64,000 bases of DNA from positions 1,696,001 through 1,760,000 of the forward strand of contig OZ241869.1 of NCBI GenBank assembly GCA_965202805.1, read 5' to 3'. Below the pieces are notes generated by a model that ran no database searches, was not told where the DNA came from, and was given only the letters and a program-made list of their open reading frames with translations. Positions 1 to 8,645 of this stretch are shown here, piece by piece (within the stretch, counting starts at the first letter, position 1; each line of letters begins with the position of its first letter). The translations under genes were made by a program, and so were the position numbers. Source of the DNA: Longimicrobiales bacterium (GTDB taxonomy: Bacteria; Gemmatimonadota; Gemmatimonadetes; Longimicrobiales; Gaopeijiaceae).

Positions 1-33
1 CTGGTGCTTGGCTTTCCATGCGGGAGGGCTGTG

Positions 34-1020
34 CTAAGCACGCACGCGGGCAAACAACTCCGCTCCGCTGTCACAATCGATGATCGCATCTACGACCTCG
101 TCGAGCCGATCCGCATCCGCCCTGTCTTCCAGGATTCGCGTCAGCCGCTCGGCCGTCTCCGCCCCGAATTTCCTGGTCGCGAAACGCCGCACCAGGAGCG
201 CCCGCTCCCTGATGCGGCCCTGCTCCAAGCCCTGCTCCAGGCCCTGCCGGACCCCGTCGCGGTGGACCTGGTCCCTCAACTCCTTCGCTCTCTCGTACAT
301 CTCCTCGTCCTCCGTGATGGACATCATCCCCGCCAGGTCCGCCTCGGAAATCTGCCACGCCTTCGCAGCCCCCGCTACCCACGAACGCAGCGCCTGGTGA
401 AACTCGGCGAACTCTGGTCCGCGGAACCGACTTGCCAAACCCCGCAGGATCCGCTGCAGGTTCTCCGGCGTAGGATCCCGCTCCACTATCCCGAGCGAGG
501 TCACCAGATCCCGCGACCCGGGATCCTGCTCGCCGATCCGCTGCAAGTCCAGCAGGAGATACCTGAAGCTCGGCAGATATTGCGCCAGCGGTTCCGTCAC
601 GGGGGCGACGAGTTCGTTGACATCCGTGGCGGCCCGCCAGCGCGGCCGACCGTTGTAGACGGCGACCGGCAGCAGAGGCGGCAGCTTGTTGCCCGGTCTG
701 ACCTCTCCCCGGCGGATCAGCTCCTCATAGGTGAGGCAGGTGTACGTGAGGATGCGGAGCGCCATGAACGGATCGTTCTCCGACTGAAACTCCAGGAGGA
801 TCAGCAGGTACAGCCAGCCGCTCCGAAAGCGCACCTTGCAGAGCAAATCCGATCGGCGTTGGACCAGGCCGCCGCTGATGCGATTGGTCGGGAGGGGTTC
901 CAGTGTGTCGAAGTCGAGTTCGTCGGCCAGCCCCTTGCCCACGAAGTTGCGGATGAGTTCCTCAACCGCCGCTCGGTGGGAAAAGACGAGTTTGTAGGTC
1001 TCGTCGTGCTTTCGAGCCAA
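34..1020 (-). CDS. Rpn family (YhgA-like) recombination-promoting nuclease / PD-(D/E)XK protein
   Basis: Motifs HDETYKLVFSH, RRSDLLCKV, YLLILLEFQS..DPFMALR, LPPLLPVAVYNG..W and C-terminal GxEQG repeats. The probable start is TTG at 1020, preceded by GGAG; the ORF track extends to 1128. Confidence 0.9.
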   Translation of the reverse strand: MARKHDETYKLVFSHRAAVEELIRNFVGKGLADELDFDTLEPLPTNRISGGLVQRRSDLLCKVRFRSGWLYLLILLEFQSENDPFMALRILTYTCLTYEELIRRGEVRPGNKLPPLLPVAVYNGRPRWRAATDVNELVAPVTEPLAQYLPSFRYLLLDLQRIGEQDPGSRDLVTSLGIVERDPTPENLQRILRGLASRFRGPEFAEFHQALRSWVAGAAKAWQISEADLAGMMSITEDEEMYERAKELRDQVHRDGVRQGLEQGLEQGRIRERALLVRRFATRKFGAETAERLTRILEDRADADRLDEVVDAIIDCDSGAELFARVRA

Positions 1021-1170
1021 TCCAGACTCCGGCGAGGCGGGGTTCGCGTCGCGGCCAGAGGGGCGTCCTGCGAGGCTGTGAGCCCGGAGCCGCCGGTAAG
1101 TATCGGATCGTCGGCTGGGCGAATACATGGCTCGATGGGCAGTAATTTTGTAAACGGTTGCTGATACTGG

Positions 1171-1179
1171 TGTTATGAT
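1171..1179 (+). promoter_or_regulatory. putative extended -10 promoter (TG-T-TATGAT) pointing into the structured region
   Basis: TGTTATGAT lies in an AT-rich patch (1141-1220) divergent from rpn. No well-spaced -35 is seen. Confidence 0.4.
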
Positions 1180-1334
1180 ATCCGCTAAGGTTGTTGTTCC
1201 CCTATCAGTTCGTTTTTTCTGAACGGGATGTAGATCGACGCTCTCGAACGCTCTCGGAGTAACTGTTCGGTGAAGGCCGTGATTGGTCTAGACCCGGACG
1301 AGGACGGAGGCGCCTTGCAATTAGAGGGTTCGGT

Positions 1335-2550
1335 GTCGCCGGGGTTGGTCGGGGGCCGGCTCCGAGACTTCGCCCCCATGAGCGCCCGTCTGTGCGTGCT
1401 GGGGCGTGCCGCAAGCGCACGTGTGAAACCGGGATGCATGTGCGCGGAAACGCGATTCGGACGTGCGCGTCGGCCACCGCTCATCGCGTTGTCGGGCTTT
1501 GGGTTGCACCATGGCCTCCGGGGCGGCTGCGCCGCGCCGGAACTGGAGGCCATGACCGGAGCGACCCACCTCTTGCGATGCCTGGTGTGGCATCGGCGGA
1601 GGTTGGGATGTGCACTCCATCCCAACCTCCCCGGCGGGTCGCTCCAGCCCAGCAGTCCCTACGGGAAGGTTGTTGAGCCGGATGGAACCGGCGACCACGT
1701 TCGCGATACTCGGACCGAGACCGACATCGCGCGAGGGTGCGGTCGGGGACCTGCCCGAGGGCCAGGGTGACGGCGATCCGGCGCGCCGTCCCGCATGGAG
1801 CCGAACCGGCGCAACGGCGCCTACGCCCGCAGCCGCTTCAGCGGACGCCGGTTCCCTTTGTGTTCAAAATCGTGGACGAGGGTTCGCCGCCAGTTTGAGG
1901 CCCGGCCGAAGCGCTGGCCGCCGAGGGCGCGATCATGGCTCTCGTCCAGCACAGGTCCCGGGCGCGTCACGCCGCGGACGACCCGGGCCTTGCTGGGTTG
2001 GGAAGGGGGCTCGACCCCGGCGGAGGGACGGGCGGAGTCCCGTCCCGGAGGCCGGGGGGACCGGCGCCGAAGCGGTGGCAACGCCGACCGCGCCGTCGCC
2101 GGTCACGACGCGGACTCGCCCGCGAAATCCACGGCTTCGACGGGCGATGATCGGGGGGCGGCAGGAGAACATCCGGCAACCGGCCGGGTGGACGGGTCGG
2201 CCAGGCGGAAGCCGGGCGGACTCCCCTAACCGCGAACGCTGCCGGAGCGGGGGGTTTCCGGGGGGTTCGAAGGGGGGCGGCAGCACCCCTCGCCAGAGCG
2301 CGAATGTTATACATCGCGTAGGCTGGCCTAGGACCAGTAACGGGTCCAAAGCCAGCGCTGTGGACGCCCGCGAAGAGACCGCCGAAGGGCCAAGCGGCCG
2401 GTCCTCGAAAACGAGGTCCAAGGTCTCCCGGCTTGACCAACGGCCCGAGGCACGGCGGTCGTGGTCAGCCCTTCCAGCCGCCGGTTGGCCTGATCCGCGC
2501 TCGGGCGAGGAGGTCCGGGCCAAACGTCCACCCGCCCGAAACCCGGCTGC
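1335..2550 (+). ncRNA. candidate large structured non-coding RNA (or structured ssDNA region), family unknown
   Basis: At least 15 nested or adjacent inverted repeats of 6-13 bp, GNRA and UNCG-type loops, G-U pairs that favour the + strand, and no credible protein ORF. Confidence 0.45.
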
Positions 2551-2555
2551 GGACG

Positions 2556-3275
2556 TCAATCATCTGGCGACGAACGAAGGGTCGATGGCGTAACGCTTGC
2601 CTTGATCGGAGACCGGTCCACTACCGATTTCACCAACTGGACGAACCACGGCGCCGCATGCGGCGAGACCACGACGCCCTTCACCAGGATCCCTAGGTTC
2701 ACTGGGATGTATCGGCCTCGCTGTTCGGCGACATCCGAATCGAGCGAAATGTCAAAAACGGGCCTCGTCTGTGTGTCTGGGTCAGGGTGAATTTCCCACG
2801 GCGGGCCGGGCAGGACTGCTCGCACTTCGTCCTCGCCTCGGTATTCCCGCCGCTTGTGGAAGAGCGGTGCCCACCCGAACCTTGGCACTTGCTGTTGACC
2901 GTAGTCGATGTACTTGACCTTTCCGAACGTCACCGGCAGGCTCGCGTCGATCACGCGAAGCGATTCCTGCAAATCATGAAAGGATGTACGTATCGCTACA
3001 CCTTCCTCCCCGGCGTACGAATTCCACATAAGGCTGGATTCGTGGCCAGCTTCCGTCCAGCAACTTACCAAGGCACTTCGAGCTATCTCGTTCAGCAATC
3101 TGAGCACCAAGCGCTCCGCTTGGCGGCGAAATCCCGGTTTGCGTGGCGGTGGGTGAGCGACGAAGCCTTCGTACCTGTCCTCCATGTCGCCTACCAAGGC
3201 GAAGAAGAGTTCCCGACGCTCCACCAGTGAACAGAACTTCGCGAAGCTCAGGTAACGCCATAGCGTGGCATTCAT
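2556..3275 (-). CDS. DUF2971-like domain protein
   Basis: LWRYLSFAKFCSL..LFF, EDRYEG, VSCW..ESSLMWNSY, GKVKY, LFHKRREYRGEDEVR. Start taken at the ATG of MNATLWRY. Confidence 0.75.
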   Translation of the reverse strand: MNATLWRYLSFAKFCSLVERRELFFALVGDMEDRYEGFVAHPPPRKPGFRRQAERLVLRLLNEIARSALVSCWTEAGHESSLMWNSYAGEEGVAIRTSFHDLQESLRVIDASLPVTFGKVKYIDYGQQQVPRFGWAPLFHKRREYRGEDEVRAVLPGPPWEIHPDPDTQTRPVFDISLDSDVAEQRGRYIPVNLGILVKGVVVSPHAAPWFVQLVKSVVDRSPIKASVTPSTLRSSPDD

Positions 3276-3516
3276 TTCAGGTTCCAACGGCTCCCAGCGT
3301 CGCCCGGTTGAAACGTCATTCGGATAGAGAGGGTGACTTCCTAAGGCCGCCCCGACTAGTGGCTTACCGTATCGGTAGGTCAATTTTGGTGCTAACCCCG
3401 ATCTGGTGGACGGATGACAAGTATGTGGGAAGTTTGGCGACTCATGGCCGAAGCTCAAGTTGCCACCGGCGGTGAGAGACTCGGCGAACACCCACTGCGG
3501 TGGCGGCGAAGGCATC

Positions 3517-4180
3517 TTAGCCTTCGCCCGCGAGATAGGCCGCCCAATCCTCCATGAGCCGCCGCCGGCGCTCGAACAGATCCGTCCGCAGGTACGCCGC
3601 CTCGACCTTGTTCTGCACGACATGCGCCAGCGCCGCCTCGACGACCTCCCGGGGATGGTCCGTCCTCTCGGCGGCCCAGTCCCGGAACGACGACCGGAAC
3701 CCGTGCGGCACGGCCGAGATTCCGCAGCTCAGGAGCAACCGCCCGGGCCGCTTTCTGTTCAACGGCTGCCCGCGCTCGGTGACGAATACGAACCGGCTCC
3801 CACCGCCCAGCTTGCGCGCCGCGTTGAGGATCTCCAACGCCCGACCGGAAAGGGGCACCCGGTGCTCCCGCGCGGTCTTCATCCGGCTTGCCGGAATCGT
3901 CCACACGCCCGCATCCTGATCAATCTCGCTCCACACCGCTCCACGGACCTCGCCGCCGCGCGCGGCCGTCAGTACCAGAAACTCGAAGGCCAACGTGTCC
4001 ACCTTCCCCGGCTTCGCCGCCCGCACCCTCGCGATGGCCGCCGCGACCTCGGCGTGAGGCAGGGCCTTGCGGTGCGTGACCACATCGTGCTGGGTGCCGA
4101 GCACCGGCAGGAGCCGGTCGCACGGGTTGTCCGTCCGCCAGTCCATGGCGACGGCCCATTCCAGCACGGCGCGGATGCGG
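3517..4180 (-). pseudogene. 5'-truncated P4-like tyrosine recombinase/integrase (catalytic domain only)
   Basis: Catalytic residues present: LTAARGGEV (R), MKTAREH (K), HGFR, LAH, EAAY. Homology begins abruptly at RIRAVLEW (~4180); the N-terminal arm/core-binding part is missing. Confidence 0.85.
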
Positions 4181-4230
4181 AGACGGACAGAGGGGCCACC
4201 TCCGGATGGGCCGGAACCCCCTCCCCGTCT
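4181..4230 (-). terminator. hairpin directly downstream of the SLC13 gene, at the integrase breakpoint
   Basis: Nested AGACGG/CCGTCT, GAGGGG/CCCCTC and TCCGG/CCGGA arms. No U-tract. Confidence 0.35.
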
Positions 4231-6585
4231 TCATCCTTCCGGCACCAGCGGCCATACGAGCGGAAGCACGGTCAGGACCACCGCCATGACCAGGAGAAAC
4301 AACGGGAATCCCGCCTTTATGAAGTCAACAAACCGGTATCCTCCGAAACCCATCACCAACAGATTGACCGGATGTCCCACCGGACTCATGAAGGCGCAGG
4401 AACTTCCTATCGCCACCGTCATCATCAGAGCCTGGGGCGAGAGCCCTTCACTGACGGCCGTGCTGAGTGCGATGGGCGACATGAGTACCGCTACCGCCGC
4501 CGTCGGCATTACCTGAGCTGAAAGAGCGGTAATCAGGAAGAGCCCCGCGACCACTGCCAGGGGACCGAAGTCCGCAATGGACCCCAACACCGCCTCGGCC
4601 ACCAGCGCAGCAGTTCCGGATTCCTGCATCGCCAGTCCCAGGCTGAGCATCCCCGCGATCAGGACCACCGCTTTCAACTCGATACACCGATAAGCCTCTT
4701 CCATGTTGAGGCAACCCGTCAGCACCATCAAAACCGCTCCAATCGGCGCCGCGACGAAGATAGGCAGAAGGCCCGAGACCACCGAAGTCAGGACCCCTGC
4801 CATGATTACGGCGCTGACGGGAGCTTTCCGGCTTCGTACCACCTCTGCTTCTTCGGTCACGACGAGGAAGTCCGGGTGTTCCACCAGGAGCGCGAGCTTG
4901 CTTCTGTCGCCATAAAGCAGAAACGCATCACCCGGGAGCAGTTTCATTTGCCGGAGCCCACTCCGGTAAATCTCTCCTTTCCGCCATATCGCAAGGATGG
5001 AAACACCGTAGTTCTCACGGAAATTGAGTTCCTCGATTGTCTTTCCCGCGAATGTCGTGCGTGGAGACAACGAAGCCTCCGCCAGGCCGACCGTGTCGGA
5101 CTCCAGTCGGCTCACATCCAGGGGACGATTATCGCCCACCGTCAATTCCTGGAGCGCCTTCAGGATCCTGAGATCCTCGAGTCGTCCCCGGAGCAGGAGA
5201 ACGTCCCCTCCCTCGAGTTTCGTATCCGGATCCGGCATGAGAAGCTCTTCATCAGCTCGCAGGATGCCCACAACCGTCAGGCCGAACGCATCGGCCAGCC
5301 GGGTTTCCGCGAGCAACTGACCGGCCAGCAGCGATTCTTCCGAGATCCTGACGCTTTGAATCCTGCGTTCCATCCGGTAGTGGGAAATCAGTTCTCTTGC
5401 CGACACCGAATGGATCGCTCCGAAGGTCTTGTCCCCCTCCAGTGCGGCAAGCCGCCCGCCTTTCGTCGCAACCAGCAGGCGATCCCCGGGAGCAAGAGTC
5501 ACTGACCGCAATCCCGTGCGATGTACCCGATCACCCCGCAGAATTGCGAGTACGTGCAGGCCACGAGTCCGGCGCAGATTCGCCCTTCGAACCGTCTGTC
5601 CGATCAGCGGTGAACCTTCTGCCAACTCCAGTTCCGCTACCTCGATGGAGGCATCCGCAATCCGCTCGAGAGCCCGATCTCTCGACTCGATCTCCAGGTG
5701 CTTCCATGCGCGCAGGCTTTCGAACCTCTCCAGGGTTCCTTCAACAACCATCTCGTCTCCCTCGCTCAGAACGAAGTCCGTCCCGGGAGCGAGGATCATC
5801 TGCCCGCTTCGTTGCACGGCCACCACGTTCAGACCCAGGGCCTGGCCCAACCGGCTTTGCTGCAGTGTCTTGCCTGCCAGAGTCGAGTTCCTGGGCGCTT
5901 TCAGCATTCCGACGATGCCACCCAGGTCGTAGAGTCCCCCCAAGTCCGCTGGAGCCGATTCCTTCTTCGGATCCCGGTTCGGAAACAGCCGCCGCCCCAG
6001 GAAGGTCATGTAAACGATTCCCGCAGCAAGCGCCGTCAACCCGACCGGTGTGAACGAGAACATCCCGAACGGCTCAAACCCCGCATCCCGCAACGCCCCG
6101 TTTACCAGGATGTTCGGCGCCGTTCCGATCAAGGTCGTCATCCCGCCAAGCAGGGATCCGAAGGCCAGGGGCATGAGCAGCTTGGATGGCGGCGTCCCTA
6201 TGCGGCGCGCCATATCCAGCACCACCGGCAGCATGAGGGCGGTGATCCCGATGTCGTTCATGATTCCCGACAGGAGGCCCACCGTGGCCATCATCACCGC
6301 GGTGAGACGGCCGACTCCATCACCCGATGCCGCCAGAACCCGTTGGCCGATGAAACGAGCGACCCCGGTCCGCGCAAGGGCTCCGCTCAGGACCAGGACT
6401 GAAGCGATTGTGATTACCGCCTCGTTGGCGAAGCCCATGATCGCCTCCTCGCCCTCGAGGATGCCCGTCACCACGAGTCCCAGCATCACCATCAACGCCA
6501 CCAGATCCACCCGGATCTTTTCGGTCACGAACAGGACCACCGCTGCTGCGAGAATCCCCCCGACTACAAGAACCTCCAGGTTCAT
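4231..6585 (-). CDS. SLC13/CitMHS-type permease with tandem TrkA-C domains
   Basis: PPSKLLMPLAFGSLLGGMTTLIGTAPN, four TrkA-C-like repeats, SCAFMSPVGHPVNLLV. Confidence 0.92.
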   Translation of the reverse strand: MNLEVLVVGGILAAAVVLFVTEKIRVDLVALMVMLGLVVTGILEGEEAIMGFANEAVITIASVLVLSGALARTGVARFIGQRVLAASGDGVGRLTAVMMATVGLLSGIMNDIGITALMLPVVLDMARRIGTPPSKLLMPLAFGSLLGGMTTLIGTAPNILVNGALRDAGFEPFGMFSFTPVGLTALAAGIVYMTFLGRRLFPNRDPKKESAPADLGGLYDLGGIVGMLKAPRNSTLAGKTLQQSRLGQALGLNVVAVQRSGQMILAPGTDFVLSEGDEMVVEGTLERFESLRAWKHLEIESRDRALERIADASIEVAELELAEGSPLIGQTVRRANLRRTRGLHVLAILRGDRVHRTGLRSVTLAPGDRLLVATKGGRLAALEGDKTFGAIHSVSARELISHYRMERRIQSVRISEESLLAGQLLAETRLADAFGLTVVGILRADEELLMPDPDTKLEGGDVLLLRGRLEDLRILKALQELTVGDNRPLDVSRLESDTVGLAEASLSPRTTFAGKTIEELNFRENYGVSILAIWRKGEIYRSGLRQMKLLPGDAFLLYGDRSKLALLVEHPDFLVVTEEAEVVRSRKAPVSAVIMAGVLTSVVSGLLPIFVAAPIGAVLMVLTGCLNMEEAYRCIELKAVVLIAGMLSLGLAMQESGTAALVAEAVLGSIADFGPLAVVAGLFLITALSAQVMPTAAVAVLMSPIALSTAVSEGLSPQALMMTVAIGSSCAFMSPVGHPVNLLVMGFGGYRFVDFIKAGFPLFLLVMAVVLTVLPLVWPLVPEG

Positions 6586-7020
6586 TTGGACGGGTCCCGG
6601 TTGTGTGGATGAGTGGGCGGTCTGAGCCCCGACACCGACACCTCGCCGGGCCGGACGTCGGCGGCTTCGAACAGGTCTCCCGGCGTGCGGGAGGGGCTGT
6701 CGTCCCGCACCGCTACGAGGAAGGGATCGATCCGGTTCCGGAGGATGGGCGTGAAGTCCTCCGGGGCGAACGGGATCCTCCCCGTCGCCATGTTTACCGT
6801 CCCGCTAGCTGTGAACACGCCGAGCACGTGGGGGTCCCTCGGCGCGGCCCTGCATGTACTGCAAGCCGGCGGCCCCCGCCCCGCCCTGCCGGGTCATCAC
6901 GTTCACGCGCTGCCCGTCGAAGTGTGGCGGCGCGGCATTGGCCAGCGCCCGTGAGAGGAGGTCCGAGGGGCTGCCGGGTGGGTGCGGAGTGACGGTGCGA
7001 TTGGTCCTTGGTGTCTCATG
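6582..7020 (-). pseudogene. frameshifted, truncated tripartite tricarboxylate transporter substrate-binding protein (TctC/Bug family)
   Basis: PPGSPSDLLSRALA..GQRVNVMTRQGGAGAAG in one frame continues as VLGVFTAS..EDFTPI..DPFLVAVRDDSP..PGEVSVSG in another. No signal peptide and no C-terminal half. Confidence 0.75.
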
Positions 7021-7615
7021 CGGGGGAATATGACGCTCGCGACGGGAGTCGGCCACCGGGGCCGTTCGACGCAAATGCTGGACTCCGTTGGGGCGAATTC
7101 CTAGCCCGGACTCCGGTCGTGCGGACGATCAGTGCCCGTGAGGGAGCAGCTTGATCGTGGCAACTGCACACTCTCGTGGACTCGTCATGGTTACCCTCAA
7201 CCGAAAAGACTTCGAGCCGGCAGGCGTCGAAGCGTGAATCCGTTCGCGTGTCCCGGTTGATGGCACCGGCCGTCAGCGGACTCGGCCATCGGTCAATCGG
7301 CTTTGGCCAACCCCGGTCAATCTCCGACGCGCGACCGGGACGCGTGGTTTCGGCATCCGCGCTTGAAAAGGTAGGGCATTTGCTAGATCAGCGGAGTACA
7401 GATGGTACGAATCAATCCATCGCCATCCGAGTCGCATCTCGTACCGTGTCGCTCTAGACTTGTCGCCGAGCTCCCGTCCGCTGGATACCCTAGGCCCTGC
7501 ACCGACTAAGACCGGTTGCACGAGGTGGGGAAGGGTTGGTCATCTGCCGCACATGCCTTAGGATCCAGAGCCACTGTGAGTCAGAGAACTGCGCAGGTAG
7601 CCACGGAGCACACGT

Positions 7616-8167
7616 ATGGAAAGAAATATCGGACGAATCTGGACGGCGCTACTGGCCGTCGTGCTGGCTATCGTCGTCCTCGTCCAAGGTGATGCGTTGA
7701 CGGCCATCGAGATACCGGAAGGACAAGCGCCGTTTCGGACAGCGCTCGTTCAGTTGGGCATCCTGTACATCGTTGCCCTCTTCGTCGAACGCTCGCTTGA
7801 GGTCCTCATCAAAGCATGGCGCCAGACTGAGAAGACCCGTCTTGAGGAGGAAGCCCGATCAGCGGACGAGGCTGCCAAGCCGGTAGCCGAGAAGACGCTC
7901 AAGGAATACAGAGCGGGCACCCAGAGGCGCGCGCTTCTCGTTGGCTTGACGCTGGGGATTCTGGTATCGCTATCCGGGATTCGGCTCCTTGGCCCGATCT
8001 TCGAGTCCGGCACCGATGGTGCGTCGTTTCAGCGGGCTGTGTTCCACTTCACGGACATCACCTTGACCGCCGGGCTCATCGCTGGGGGATCGGCGACGAT
8101 CCATGAGCTGATGGCGCTGATCGACGATTTCCTGAAGACCAGCCGAAAGCGCGCGAAGCAATCTTGA
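7616..8167 (+). CDS. hypothetical multi-pass membrane protein
   Basis: 183 aa, GGAG RBS, 3-4 hydrophobic segments. Confidence 0.75.
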   Translation: MERNIGRIWTALLAVVLAIVVLVQGDALTAIEIPEGQAPFRTALVQLGILYIVALFVERSLEVLIKAWRQTEKTRLEEEARSADEAAKPVAEKTLKEYRAGTQRRALLVGLTLGILVSLSGIRLLGPIFESGTDGASFQRAVFHFTDITLTAGLIAGGSATIHELMALIDDFLKTSRKRAKQS

Positions 8168-8645
8168 AGCCGGACAACGCCAGGGTTAGCCCGATTCCAA
8201 GAGCCGTTGCAGGTTCATCCACTCGGAAACGACGCCGAGCAGAGGTGCATCTGCCACGATGCAGACTATCGTGATGTGTACCGCAGCAAGTACTGGTGAT
8301 TGACGGTGACCCAACTCGCAACGTTGCGGAGCCAAGAGCCGAACAGAGCGAAGGGCATCCAGCGTACAAACCCCCTTCCCGACCCGACTCCTGGCACCTC
8401 TTGGCATCGGACGGCTTTCACCGTCGCTCCGGAGCAGTTTTCTTTCCCGAACGTTTCTGGATTCTCCGCGTGCGCTGGCAAGGTCGATTCTCGCCCCCCT
8501 TCTCCTCCATTGCGCAACCTCCCTCGGAGCCCGACCCCGCTCTTCTCAACCCCAACCAGCCCTTCCCCGCAATCGTCGCGAACTTCAACGTCATCTAAGC
8601 CACCAATCACGTAGCTGGTTCAAGATCAAAACGAGCGTAGCCATC

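Noticed and set aside
1392..1854. Group II intron (GTGCG at 1392; GAGCCG at 1675 and 1798)
   Set aside because: No 34-nt domain V hairpin or domain VI could be formed on either strand, and no reverse transcriptase is present.
2260..2277. tRNA T-arm-like GGTTCGAA
   Set aside because: The flanks are G on both sides and cannot form a T-stem; no cloverleaf.
1185..2593. Protein ORFs over the structured region (e.g. 1270..1770 +, 1610..2593 +, 1933..2559 -)
   Set aside because: Arg/Pro/Gly/Ala-rich, no recognisable motifs, mutually overlapping; typical of high-GC non-coding DNA.
7020..8640. Small ORFs or RNA elements in the gaps 7020-7615 and 8170-8640
   Set aside because: No recognisable motifs or convincing structure.
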